Below, in pieces: positions 37,977-47,330 of a stretch of 64,000 nucleotides of DNA. Origin of the DNA: an uncultured Gammaproteobacteria bacterium (GTDB lineage: Bacteria; Pseudomonadota; Gammaproteobacteria; Francisellales; CACEW01). The stretch lies in NCBI GenBank assembly GCA_902563055.1, contig CACEWE010000003.1, forward strand, positions 1,450 through 65,449. The letters run 5' to 3'. The notes beneath the pieces were generated by a model, which worked only from the letters and a program-made list of their open reading frames with translations, searched no databases and was not told the DNA's origin. Made by a program: the position numbers and the translations under genes. Position 1 is the first letter of the stretch; each line of letters opens with the position of its first letter.

Positions 37977-38876
37977 ATGACTAAGAAATTTTTATTTGGC
38001 CGCAAGCGTACGGGTGAATTAGGTGATGGTGGCGGTGCTGTCGTTATGGAAGACAAGAAAGAGAGTTTATTATCCTTAAAGCTTCAAGCCTTATCTGATG
38101 ATGCACAAAACCGTGGCGTTTTGAATATGTTAGCGCTAGATGCTTTAGCGCCGGACGCTAATCAACCACGTAAAGTTTTTAAAAGCATCGATCAACTAGC
38201 AAAGAGCATTGAAGAAAATGGCATTATTCAGCCTTTGGTGGTGCAAGAGCAAAGTGCTGGTAAGTATACCATTATTGTTGGCGAACGGCGTTATTGGGCT
38301 GCAAAGCAACTTAAGCTTGAGGCCGTTCCTTGTATAGTACGCAGTGATCTTGGTCAAGATCAGGCTAAGCTTTTAGTATTACAATTGCTTGAGAACGATC
38401 AGCGTGAAGCAGTTTCTCCTTTGGAAGAGGCAGAGGCACTAGCTGTGCTTGCTAAAGATTATACTCAAGGACAGATGGCCAAAGAATTAGGCCGTGATGC
38501 AGGCTGGATATCCATTCGTCTTGGTTTATTACAAGCGAGTGAGCGGATACAAAACTTGGTAAAAAATGGTCTTATTGAAGATGTGCGTACACTCCATGAG
38601 CTGCGTAAGTTTGAAACCGACCACCCCAAGAAGGCCCAGGATCTTCTTGCTGCAATAGAAAAAAATGAAGTTTCGGGTTCTTACCGTACAGTGATTGCTA
38701 ATTTGCGTAAAAAATCTGCCAAGGGTAAAAGCGAACCTATTAGTCCTGCTATTACCAAAATAGAAAAACAGGGTGATAAGCTACTTTTACACGTGGCTAA
38801 AAAGAAACGACCTGTGAGCTATACCATAGACCAAAAAGTATTGGTGCAATTTTTGGCGCAAGTAAGTTACGAATAA
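37977..38876 (+). CDS. parB: ParB/Srx-domain partition protein
   Basis: ATG at 37977 after AAGGAAA. PDANQPRK, IIQPLVV and IIVGERRYWAA motifs. HTH region QGQMAKELGRDAGWIS. Confidence 0.8.
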   Translation: MTKKFLFGRKRTGELGDGGGAVVMEDKKESLLSLKLQALSDDAQNRGVLNMLALDALAPDANQPRKVFKSIDQLAKSIEENGIIQPLVVQEQSAGKYTIIVGERRYWAAKQLKLEAVPCIVRSDLGQDQAKLLVLQLLENDQREAVSPLEEAEALAVLAKDYTQGQMAKELGRDAGWISIRLGLLQASERIQNLVKNGLIEDVRTLHELRKFETDHPKKAQDLLAAIEKNEVSGSYRTVIANLRKKSAKGKSEPISPAITKIEKQGDKLLLHVAKKKRPVSYTIDQKVLVQFLAQVSYE

Positions 38877-38895
38877 TTAGTACAGGGAGGGGGTG

Positions 38896-40470
38896 ATGAG
38901 ACGCCAACTTTATCTTGCAGCTGGAACCTTACTGCTTTCTGGTAGCGCCTTAGTTGTTTTGTATCACTCGCATATTTGGTTCTTGTATATCGCAATTCCG
39001 ATTCTTTGTTTGTGGTTGCATGATATTTTACAAAGCAAGCGAGCGATACTGCGTAACTTTCCAGTGCTGGGTCATTTTCGTTATTTGCTTGAGTCTATTC
39101 GTCCTGAAATTCGCCAATATTTTATAGCGGGTCCGCTTGAGGAGAGGCCTTTTAATCGTCAAATGCGTGAAGTTATTTATCGCAGGAGTAAAGGTGAGCG
39201 AGAGACAGTTCCCTTTGGAACGGAGCAAAATATTACTGCAGTAGGATATGAATGGATTTTACATTCTATGATTCCTAAAAGTCCTAAAGAGATAGAGCCT
39301 AGAATGATGGTTGGTGGCCCTAAATGTAAACAGACCTACCATGCATCGCGCTTAAATATTTCTGCAATGAGTTTTGGTTCCTTGTCCCATAATGCCATTG
39401 AAGCTTTAAATTTGGGCGCTAAGATTGGTGGCTTTTATCATAATACGGGAGAAGGGGGGATTAGTTATTCTCATCTTTTAGGTGGGGATGTGGTATGGCA
39501 AATTGGTACCGGTTATTTTGGTTGTCGTAATGAAAATGGCCAGTTTGATGCCAAAAAATTTGTACAAAATGCTAAGAAATCCAGTGTAAAAATGATTGAA
39601 ATTAAGCTTTCACAAGGCGCTAAGCCTGCCCACGGCGGTATATTACCTGCTGCGAAAATCACCCCTGAAATTGCTAGCATTCGTGGCGTTCCTATGGGCG
39701 AGGATGTGCTTTCTCCCATTACCCACAGTGCTTTTGCAAATCCCTTAGAGCTTATGGATTTTATTCAAGAACTTAGAGACTTATCTGAAGGCAAGCCTGT
39801 TGGTTTGAAATTGTGTTTAGGCAGAAGAACCGAGTGGATGGCCATTGTAAAAGCCATGCTTGAAACGAATATTATGCCAGATTTTATTACGGTTGATGGT
39901 GCCGAAGGTGGCACTGGGGCTGCACCAATGGAATATAGTAATCATATTGGGGTTCCATTAGTAGATGCTTTGATTTTTATACATAATTCTCTTGTTGGAG
40001 CGGGTATTCGCGAACATATTTGTATTATTGCCAGTGGTAAAGTGGTAACAGGATTTGATATGATTACTAAGCTCGCCTTAGGTGCTGATATGTGTAATAG
40101 TGCTAGAGCTATGATGATGGCCTTAGGCTGTATCCAGTCGCAGCAATGCAATGCCAATACGTGTCCTACGGGGGTTGCAACTTCCGATCGTCGTTTGGCT
40201 AAAGGCTTGGTTGTCAGTGAGAAAAAGCATCGTGTTGAGAGTTTCCATGAGCGTACTATGGATGTGTTTTTGGAACTTATTGGTGCCATGGGATTGGATA
40301 ATCCATCCCAGCTTCGGCCCTCGCTTATTATGCGCAGAGTCGCGCCTGATCAAGTACTTAGCTACGACCAAATCTATCATTATCTAGAGCCTGGAAGCAT
40401 TTTAGATAAAACTGCGGATGTCTCCTATATGACATACTGGAATAAAGCCCGAAGTGATAGTTTCATCTAA
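38896..40470 (+). CDS. FMN-binding glutamate-synthase-family protein (GltB domain-2-like) with N-terminal TM helices
   Basis: ~524 aa. KLSQGAKPAHGGILPAAK motif. RBS AGGGAGG. GTG at 38893 is an alternative start. Confidence 0.75.
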   Translation: MRRQLYLAAGTLLLSGSALVVLYHSHIWFLYIAIPILCLWLHDILQSKRAILRNFPVLGHFRYLLESIRPEIRQYFIAGPLEERPFNRQMREVIYRRSKGERETVPFGTEQNITAVGYEWILHSMIPKSPKEIEPRMMVGGPKCKQTYHASRLNISAMSFGSLSHNAIEALNLGAKIGGFYHNTGEGGISYSHLLGGDVVWQIGTGYFGCRNENGQFDAKKFVQNAKKSSVKMIEIKLSQGAKPAHGGILPAAKITPEIASIRGVPMGEDVLSPITHSAFANPLELMDFIQELRDLSEGKPVGLKLCLGRRTEWMAIVKAMLETNIMPDFITVDGAEGGTGAAPMEYSNHIGVPLVDALIFIHNSLVGAGIREHICIIASGKVVTGFDMITKLALGADMCNSARAMMMALGCIQSQQCNANTCPTGVATSDRRLAKGLVVSEKKHRVESFHERTMDVFLELIGAMGLDNPSQLRPSLIMRRVAPDQVLSYDQIYHYLEPGSILDKTADVSYMTYWNKARSDSFI

Positions 40471-40479
40471 TTATATTTT

Positions 40480-41211
40480 TTAATGTACGGGGTCTAAAGT
40501 ATGCGACTTTGGTTTAAAGTAACGGTCGGTAATATGGCTGCAATAATCATATATGGCTTCAGAATTTTGAGCATATTGATGTAATGGACAATCAAGCGGT
40601 GTGTGTAGCATCATGCATAAAAATGCATATGCGGTGGCATCTACCGAGCTTGGGCTATCATCAGATATTACATATTGATGCGCTTGTAAATGGCTTTCAA
40701 TGGCATAGATATCTTGCATTGATACTTTGTAAATTTCCTCAGGATCATGAATGTTTAGGCCCTGAGCATGGAGGGCTTTTTTCATATTGCGATAGATAAT
40801 ATTAGGCAGCATACGTTGAAGAGATCTAGGAAGAAAACCTAAAAAGTGGGGTTTCACAAATTTAAAGTTTTCAGGGTCAAGCCAGCGACTGTAGACAATA
40901 GCCCAATAAAGATGATTTTCAAGCATTCTCTCCAGTGCATGTCCTGTGCCCAACTGTTTTGCATTTAAGTCTTCATCCAGTGGGTCGCCATACTTTTCTT
41001 TAAGATATTTGATAATGACTTTAGAGTCATTGAGTATAATATTTCCATCTTGGATATAGGAGAGTTTTTGAAGTGGAATTTTTGTTTGGTGTGCCATTCT
41101 ATGACATTCAAAGGGAATTTGCGCCATGCGCATATAGGTTTCTAGTTTCATACAAAAGGGGCTGATTCCAGTAGCATCCCAGCAGCAAGGGTATTGGTGT
41201 AATTGGATCAT
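40480..41211 (-). CDS. Glutathione S-transferase-fold protein (metaxin/FAXC-like subtype)
   Basis: 243 aa. N-terminal thioredoxin-like half ISPFCMKLETYMRMAQIPFE and a C-terminal helical GST-like half. Confidence 0.6.
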   Translation of the reverse strand: MIQLHQYPCCWDATGISPFCMKLETYMRMAQIPFECHRMAHQTKIPLQKLSYIQDGNIILNDSKVIIKYLKEKYGDPLDEDLNAKQLGTGHALERMLENHLYWAIVYSRWLDPENFKFVKPHFLGFLPRSLQRMLPNIIYRNMKKALHAQGLNIHDPEEIYKVSMQDIYAIESHLQAHQYVISDDSPSSVDATAYAFLCMMLHTPLDCPLHQYAQNSEAIYDYCSHITDRYFKPKSHTLDPVH

Positions 41212-41351
41212 GTTTTTATTTCTCCTGGCTTGTTTAAACGATTACTTTAAGTGTAGAAAAGAATCTTAAAATCGCAAAAAATAAATGTAAAATTGACCTT
41301 TGTATCAAAAGATTCTATGATCGATGGGACTTATGAATAAGGATAAAAACT

Positions 41352-42701
41352 ATGGCGTCAGTTAATTCACATTTAAAAGCGGCAAAAAAACAAAGTGCAA
41401 TGATTGAAAAAACCATTGCAAGATTAAAAAAATGTCGATTTGATACCATCGCTACTTCTGGTATATACAGTGGTGATTTTGCAGCAGCTTATGCACAAGG
41501 CTCGATTATAGAGCCAAGTTTTTTATCTTCTGCACAGCATTTTGCAGATAGTAAGCAAATGGAAGCGGCATTAAGTTATCAAATGCCGGCCTGGGCATAT
41601 AGTCGTATTGCCAATCCGACTATTTTTTATTTGGAGCAGACTTTATCTTTATTAGAATCCTACGGTATGGAAGAAAATGCCAGTTGTTGTGTGTGTGCTT
41701 CTGGAATGGCTGCGATTTGTTCAGCGATTGAGCCTTTATTAGTGCCCAATAAGGCAGGAGATCCGATTAATTTTGTTTCATCTTCTCAGGTTTATGGTGG
41801 AACCTTTATGCAATTTACCACGCGGCAACAAGAACAGGGCAAAAAGGTGCGTTTTGTTGCGCCTTCTGAGAATATAGAAACGTGGGCGCAACAGATTGAT
41901 CAACACACCCGGTTTGTTTTTATTGAGGTGCCGTCCAATCCCAATTTAAGTGTGTGTGATATCAAGGCTTTGGCAGCGCTTGCCCATAAGCACCATATTC
42001 CTTTGCTTGTTGATGCCACTGTGGCTACGCCGGCACTGCTTAGGCCCTTGTCACTGGGTGCAGATATTGTGATACATTCTTTATCTAAATCCATTGGCGC
42101 CTCGGGTATGGCGATTGGTGGGGCGCTTATTAGTCGCAAAAACATAATTGCACATTATTTGGAAAATTCGCAGCGGGAGGATTTTGCAAGCTATGTGAAG
42201 TTATGGCCTAACCGTGATAATGGTCCCTGTTTGGCACCTTTGCAGGCAAGTTTGATTCTCAATGATTTGCGTACTTTGAGAATGCGTATGGCTAGTTTGA
42301 GCCACCATACTTTGACAGTGGCGCAATTTTTAGCGCAACATAAAAAGGTTGAGTCGGTGTATTATCCTGGTTTAGCCTCGCACCAAGGACACGAACTTGC
42401 AAGGGAGATGTTTGGTTTGGTTGACAGTTCAGTAAAGGCCTACGGTCATTTATTATCCTTTACAGTTAAGGGGGGTAAAAGGGCGGCTATGGCAGTTTTA
42501 GATCGTTTAGAGCTTATTTGGCGCGCAACGGATCTAGGGCGGATTAAATCGGTTGCGACCATTCCGAGTATTTCTACCCATCAACAGCAAGGTGATGAGG
42601 GCAGAGCGCTTTCTTCTATTGAGGATGGTTTAATTCGCTTGAGTGTTGGCAATGAGCATCCGGCGGATATTATAGCTGATTTATCGCAGGCTTTGAGTTA
42701 A
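41352..42701 (+). CDS. Cys/Met-metabolism PLP-dependent enzyme (O-acetylhomoserine sulfhydrylase-like)
   Basis: 449 aa. PLP-lysine region HSLSKSIGASG and a family-typical C-terminus LIRLSVGNEH. Confidence 0.8.
   Translation: MASVNSHLKAAKKQSAMIEKTIARLKKCRFDTIATSGIYSGDFAAAYAQGSIIEPSFLSSAQHFADSKQMEAALSYQMPAWAYSRIANPTIFYLEQTLSLLESYGMEENASCCVCASGMAAICSAIEPLLVPNKAGDPINFVSSSQVYGGTFMQFTTRQQEQGKKVRFVAPSENIETWAQQIDQHTRFVFIEVPSNPNLSVCDIKALAALAHKHHIPLLVDATVATPALLRPLSLGADIVIHSLSKSIGASGMAIGGALISRKNIIAHYLENSQREDFASYVKLWPNRDNGPCLAPLQASLILNDLRTLRMRMASLSHHTLTVAQFLAQHKKVESVYYPGLASHQGHELAREMFGLVDSSVKAYGHLLSFTVKGGKRAAMAVLDRLELIWRATDLGRIKSVATIPSISTHQQQGDEGRALSSIEDGLIRLSVGNEHPADIIADLSQALS
42627..42701 (+). repeat. 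Left copy of the 75-bp direct repeat (last 24 codons plus stop of the PLP-enzyme gene)
   Basis: Aligns without gaps to 43841-43915. 11 of 75 nt differ, and 22 of 24 aa are identical. Confidence 0.9.
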
Positions 42702-42994
42702 ATAAGCCCGTTACATGAACGATAGAAATACCCTGTCCATTACTTATGGTCGTTCATGTTACTATTTAATCCATTTCTATTTTAGCTGTAAGAAAATCTG
42801 GTCCTGATTTCAATGTCTTTTGCCATTTTAGCTAAAACCTATCATTCTCTTATTGTTTTTTTATAAGTTCTGATACGCGATTTTCTTGAATTGAGTTGTA
42901 TCATAATATTTAAGCTAAAGAATATTCGTAAAGGCTTTCCTTTTCTTGTGGGTATTGTTCTTTATACTAATGGGGGGAATGCGGTCTTGGTAGT

Positions 42995-43774
42995 TTAGAA
43001 TTCCGGCGCGGTGTTCATTGGGTCGTTATTGTCCCAAATGTCGCTTGTACGATAATTGTTCAAAGATAAGTAGCTAAAAAATAAGTAGCTAAAATCAAGG
43101 AAAATTGTAAAAAAACAGGCAATTTTTATAAAATTTCTAATGGGAATATCTTTATTAATGTAAAGTCGACGATTATTTAAATCAGGGTTATCCTGGAGCA
43201 TTCTTTGGATTTGATTTAATTGGCTTTTATTACTTCGCTCAATAAACAGTCCAGCTATAGTACCCATGGCTGAGTATAAAAACAGCTTTGATATATCTGT
43301 TAGGCGTATTTCCATTTTATTTGATTCAGGGGTGAGTAGCCATAAACGTAGAACTAAAATTTCTAACCCGTACTGTAGAGCGTTTTTATATCCTATATAA
43401 GGACTACCTAGGCTATAATCTATAAAGTCTTGTTGGCCCATAAGTATATGTGCCTGTTGTGCTTCTGGTCGCGGCTCTTGTGGTGTAAATTTACCTTCTT
43501 CAAAATCAATTGTTTGTGCTAAATTTTTGAGTTCGCTATCACTTTAAGATTTCTTAATCTTTTCGAGTAAGGTAGGCGCTAAATCCCTTAGTTTTTTATA
43601 TTCATAGGCTATTGCAGATTGTGTTTTTGGGCATTTATGTAATTTATGTAACAAATCCATACTGGAGATAAAATAAACGAATATCTTATCATTATCCGAT
43701 TGGGTGCGAACTATAAGACCTTCTTTCTTTGTGACTGGGGTCATTATAATCTGACAGTCTGGAAGATCTGGCAT
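42995..43774 (-). pseudogene. 259-codon reading frame interrupted by one in-frame TAA (76-aa and 148-aa ORFs plus 34 open linker codons); membrane protein of unknown function
   Basis: Manual translation shows ORFs 43544-43774 and 42995-43441 share a frame. The only stop between them is TAA at 43544-43546. Confidence 0.6.
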
Positions 43775-43840
43775 GTTTTTTCTATAAATGATTTGTTTAT
43801 TATTATATATTTATTTTTGCTTAATTCAAATTTTTATGTC

Positions 43841-43915
43841 GATTTAATTCGCTTGAGTGTCGGTAATGAACATCCGGCGGATATCATAGCTGATTTATCT
43901 CAGGCGCTTGGCTAA
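43841..43915 (+). pseudogene. Displaced second copy of the PLP-enzyme gene 3' end (DLIRLSVGNEHPADIIADLSQALG*)
   Basis: Homologous to 42627-42701, and the homology ends exactly at the stop codon. No upstream coding sequence. Confidence 0.85.
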
Positions 43916-43970
43916 GCTTATTGATATCATAAAAACTTTAAAAGTATATGTTGCTCAGATATGCAAGCAT

Positions 43971-44696
43971 CTAAATTTTAAACTTTTCACCAAGATACAC
44001 ATCTTGTACTTGTTTATTGGCTAAGATTTCCTGGCTGGTGCCTTCAGCGATAATATTGCCATCATTGGCAATATAGGCTCGGTCACAAATATCTAAGGTT
44101 TCACGCACATTATGATCAGTTATTAATACCCCTAGGTTGCGATCTTTGAGTTGTTTGATGATGCGCTTAATATCAATGATAGAAATTGGATCCACACCAG
44201 CAAAGGGCTCATCTAGAAGCATAAATTGTGGCTCAATTGCAAGAGCTCTGGCAATTTCTACCCGTCTGCGTTCGCCACCAGATAAACTATTGCCGCGATT
44301 TTTTGCAATATGTTCAATATGAAACTCTGCTAATAAAGATTCACATTTTGCCACACGCTGTTCTTTGCTAAAATCTGGCACCGTTTCTAAGATGGCCATA
44401 ATGTTATCATAGACGCTTAGTTTGCGAAAAATAGAGGATTCTTGTGGTAAGTAGCCAATACCCATTTTGGCGCGCTGATGAATGGGAAGCTTTGTGATGT
44501 TTTCGCCATTTAAGGTAATAGTGCCACGATTAGCTTTAATAAGCCCAACGGTCATATAAAAAGAGGTTGTTTTGCCTGCGCCATTTGGACCAAGTAGGCC
44601 AACAATTTCACCACTATGCACGCTTAAGGAAACCTCTTTGACCACCCAACGTTGCAAATAGCGTTTGCCTAATTGATGTACTTCTAGTTTATTCAT
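43971..44696 (-). CDS. lptB: LPS export ABC transporter ATP-binding protein LptB
   Basis: 241 aa from the ATG at 44696 (MNKLEVHQL...). Walker [18 protein letters not shown] and LLDEPFAG. Confidence 0.92.
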   Translation of the reverse strand: MNKLEVHQLGKRYLQRWVVKEVSLSVHSGEIVGLLGPNGAGKTTSFYMTVGLIKANRGTITLNGENITKLPIHQRAKMGIGYLPQESSIFRKLSVYDNIMAILETVPDFSKEQRVAKCESLLAEFHIEHIAKNRGNSLSGGERRRVEIARALAIEPQFMLLDEPFAGVDPISIIDIKRIIKQLKDRNLGVLITDHNVRETLDICDRAYIANDGNIIAEGTSQEILANKQVQDVYLGEKFKI

Positions 44697-44700
44697 GTTG

Positions 44701-45213
44701 CTAGTCCTCTTTGGTTTGCAGTTTTTGGTAGGGTTCAATAACCATCGTGCCCCGTTTGGTTTGATCGCTCGGATAGGATATAACTTTACTAAGGGTATTG
44801 TAGGTAATTAAATGTCCTTGGAAAACGTTGTCGTCATTGGTAATAATGGCGTGATTTTGAAAAGACAGAAGATTTTTTTTCGGTTCAAAAATAATAGTGT
44901 CACTTTGCGTATGGGTAGGGTCATCATGAGGGTCAATCGTAAAAACACTCGTGGCCGGGGAGCCCCAGGCCTGCATTTTTTTGATTCCTTTAGGGGCTTT
45001 ACTAAGGGTAAGGGTCTTGGCTTGTAGATGGTTGCTTTCTTGATGTGCCTCTACATTCCCTTGATAATGTGCAGTGTTATTATTGTAGTCTATAAGTAAG
45101 CTGTCGCTTTTAATGTGAATAAGCTTAGGCGCATCTGAAGCGAGCGCAACATTGCTCATTAAAAAGCTACAGCCTAGTCCTAGTAGACTAAAAAGCAAAG
45201 ATATCAGATTCAT
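44701..45213 (-). CDS. lptA: LPS transport periplasmic protein LptA
   Basis: 170 aa with a signal peptide and OstA-like beta-jellyroll pattern. Located between lptC and lptB. Confidence 0.85.
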   Translation of the reverse strand: MNLISLLFSLLGLGCSFLMSNVALASDAPKLIHIKSDSLLIDYNNNTAHYQGNVEAHQESNHLQAKTLTLSKAPKGIKKMQAWGSPATSVFTIDPHDDPTHTQSDTIIFEPKKNLLSFQNHAIITNDDNVFQGHLITYNTLSKVISYPSDQTKRGTMVIEPYQKLQTKED

Positions 45214-45775
45214 AGGTACTTTTTACATCCTTTTTTAATAAAATAGTTTTTTGCTTATTATCTACCTCAAGGCCATGGCCGGTTGTTTTATTGAGCGTAT
45301 TTTCTTGGCTAATGGTGATAAGATCATCACTGGTGGCTTTGTCATTCTTAGGGAAAATATCTAAGCTGTCCATGCTTATGTTGGTTTGCGCTTGATTGGC
45401 GCTTGCTGGTTGGTACATTAAAATACCGCCCTGAAGGTGCAGCAGGTCTCCGCTAGGGTTAAGGCGTCCTTTGGGAGCTTGTATAAACCAATTTGGCTTG
45501 GCATTTTCACTTATCAAAGAACCCTTGATGGTTTGGAGATCAGAGGCATTATCAAAGTATTTAAAGATATGCGCAATTCTTGATTCATATTGTAGATCAC
45601 CTTGGTCGTTAAACTGTTTTATATGTGCGTTTTCAATATAGGCTCTTACATCATTGGGCTTGGGGGCAATTTTCTCAAAACTGCCTGTATCAATAGCAAA
45701 CCACGCAGAAACCCACACTAATAGCCCTAGTGCTAGGATTCCAAACAAAGAACGTTTGCTATAAAATGCAATCAT
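45188..45775 (-). CDS. lptC: LPS export system protein LptC
   Basis: 195 aa with a single N-terminal TM helix. Located between kdsC and lptA. Confidence 0.8.
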   Translation of the reverse strand: MIAFYSKRSLFGILALGLLVWVSAWFAIDTGSFEKIAPKPNDVRAYIENAHIKQFNDQGDLQYESRIAHIFKYFDNASDLQTIKGSLISENAKPNWFIQAPKGRLNPSGDLLHLQGGILMYQPASANQAQTNISMDSLDIFPKNDKATSDDLITISQENTLNKTTGHGLEVDNKQKTILLKKDVKSTYESDIFAF

Positions 45776-45784
45776 TTACATATC

Positions 45785-46315
45785 CTATTGAAATTGTTGC
45801 CATGCTTGTTCTAACAAGCCTTTGCTATCGAGCAATATATCACAAACCTCACGCACTGCGCCCAAGCCTCCGGGTTTTTGGGTGACCCAGTGGGCGTGAT
45901 CTTTGGTTTGGCTTGTTGCATTAGCAGTGGCAATGGCCAATCCTACCTTTTTCATGACAGGAATGTCAATAAGGTCATCTCCCACATAGGTCATGGCATC
46001 GGTTGCAATATTGGTTTTTTTCTGGATATCCTCTAAAGCTTGGCATTTTTTCATGACACCAAGGTATACATGTTTAAGGCCTAGTTGTTGCAGGCGATGT
46101 TCGACTATACTTGATTTTCTGCCTGAAATAACTGCGACTTCTATATTTGCTTGATGGCGAATCATTTGTAAACCTAAGCCATCTTGAGCGTTAAAAGATT
46201 TCACTTCATTGAAATGGTGATCAAAAAATAAGCTTCCATCTGTGAGCACGCCATCGACATCTAGAAGGAGCATTTGTGTGTTCTTTGCTTTTTGGTAGAG
46301 TTGTTGTTGATCCAT
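45785..46315 (-). CDS. kdsC: 3-deoxy-D-manno-octulosonate 8-phosphate phosphatase
   Basis: 176 aa. HAD motif LLLDVDGVLTDG and GDDLIDIPVM. Confidence 0.9.
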   Translation of the reverse strand: MDQQQLYQKAKNTQMLLLDVDGVLTDGSLFFDHHFNEVKSFNAQDGLGLQMIRHQANIEVAVISGRKSSIVEHRLQQLGLKHVYLGVMKKCQALEDIQKKTNIATDAMTYVGDDLIDIPVMKKVGLAIATANATSQTKDHAHWVTQKPGGLGAVREVCDILLDSKGLLEQAWQQFQ

Positions 46316-46325
46316 GAAGTGGTCC

Positions 46326-47297
46326 TTATTCGATGATGCCTGATTGGAGTAGGTGGTGAATATGTAAAATGCCTTCTATATGTTTATTTTGATCTAATAT
46401 GGCTAATGAGGTAATTTTATTTTCTTGCATAATTGAAAGCGCATCTTTAGCAAGGGTATTGGCGCTGATGGTTTTTACAGAAGTGCTCATGATTTGATTC
46501 ATAATAACACTGTTTGGATTTGAGTGGGCTGTTAGGGCACGACGCAGATCGCCGTCTGTGAAGACACCAAGCATTTGTTGTTGATCGTTGGTAACACAGG
46601 TCATGCCAAGTTTTTTTTCGTTCATCATTAGTATCGCATCACGCAAGGAAGTAGACTCGGCAACTTTGGGTATAGCATCATCTGTAACCATAAGGTCTTT
46701 TACGCGAAGGTTAAGTTGACGGCCAAGCTGTCCTGCTGGATGTGATTTAGCAAAATCTTCAGCACTAAAGTTTTTAGCTTCTAATAAAGCAATAGCTAAG
46801 GCATCACCAAGTACTAAGGTTGCGGTGGTGCTAGAAGTTGGTGCAAGGTTGTGGGGACAAGCTTCTTTTGCAATAGGAATATGCAAAAGAATGTCTGACT
46901 TGCGGGCTAAAGGAGATTTTTGATTGCCGGTAATAGCAATCATCTTAACGCCGATATGTTTGAGGCGTGGAACAAGGTTAAGGAGCTCATCGGTGCGGCC
47001 AGAATAGGAAATAGCCATGACTATATCGTTTTTATCTATCATGCCAAGGTCGCCATGATTGGCCTCTGCTGCATTAATGAAAAAAGCACTGGTTCCGGTG
47101 GAGGCTAAAGTGGCCGCAATCTTATTGCCAATGTGGCCAGATTTGCCAAGACCGATAATAATAACCTTGCCAGAGATATCCAGGATACTTTGGCATGCAT
47201 CTTCAAAGTTTCCATCAAGTTGATTTTTTAAGTTGGCAATGGTTTTTTGCTCTATCTCTATAAGGTTTTGAGCGCTGCTGATAAAATTTTTGTTCAT
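46326..47297 (-). CDS. kdsD: Arabinose-5-phosphate isomerase
   Basis: 323 aa. A SIS domain (GLGKSGHIG) followed by a tandem CBS pair. Confidence 0.9.
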   Translation of the reverse strand: MNKNFISSAQNLIEIEQKTIANLKNQLDGNFEDACQSILDISGKVIIIGLGKSGHIGNKIAATLASTGTSAFFINAAEANHGDLGMIDKNDIVMAISYSGRTDELLNLVPRLKHIGVKMIAITGNQKSPLARKSDILLHIPIAKEACPHNLAPTSSTTATLVLGDALAIALLEAKNFSAEDFAKSHPAGQLGRQLNLRVKDLMVTDDAIPKVAESTSLRDAILMMNEKKLGMTCVTNDQQQMLGVFTDGDLRRALTAHSNPNSVIMNQIMSTSVKTISANTLAKDALSIMQENKITSLAILDQNKHIEGILHIHHLLQSGIIE

Positions 47298-47330
47298 ATG
47301 CTGATAAAATTCTTTCTATTTGTTTTAAAG

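Noticed and set aside
37150-38900. Search for a canonical parS (TGTTTCACGTGAAACA-like) near parAB
   Set aside because: None was seen by eye in or around the cassette. The absence is not conclusive without a computational scan, so no parS feature is reported.
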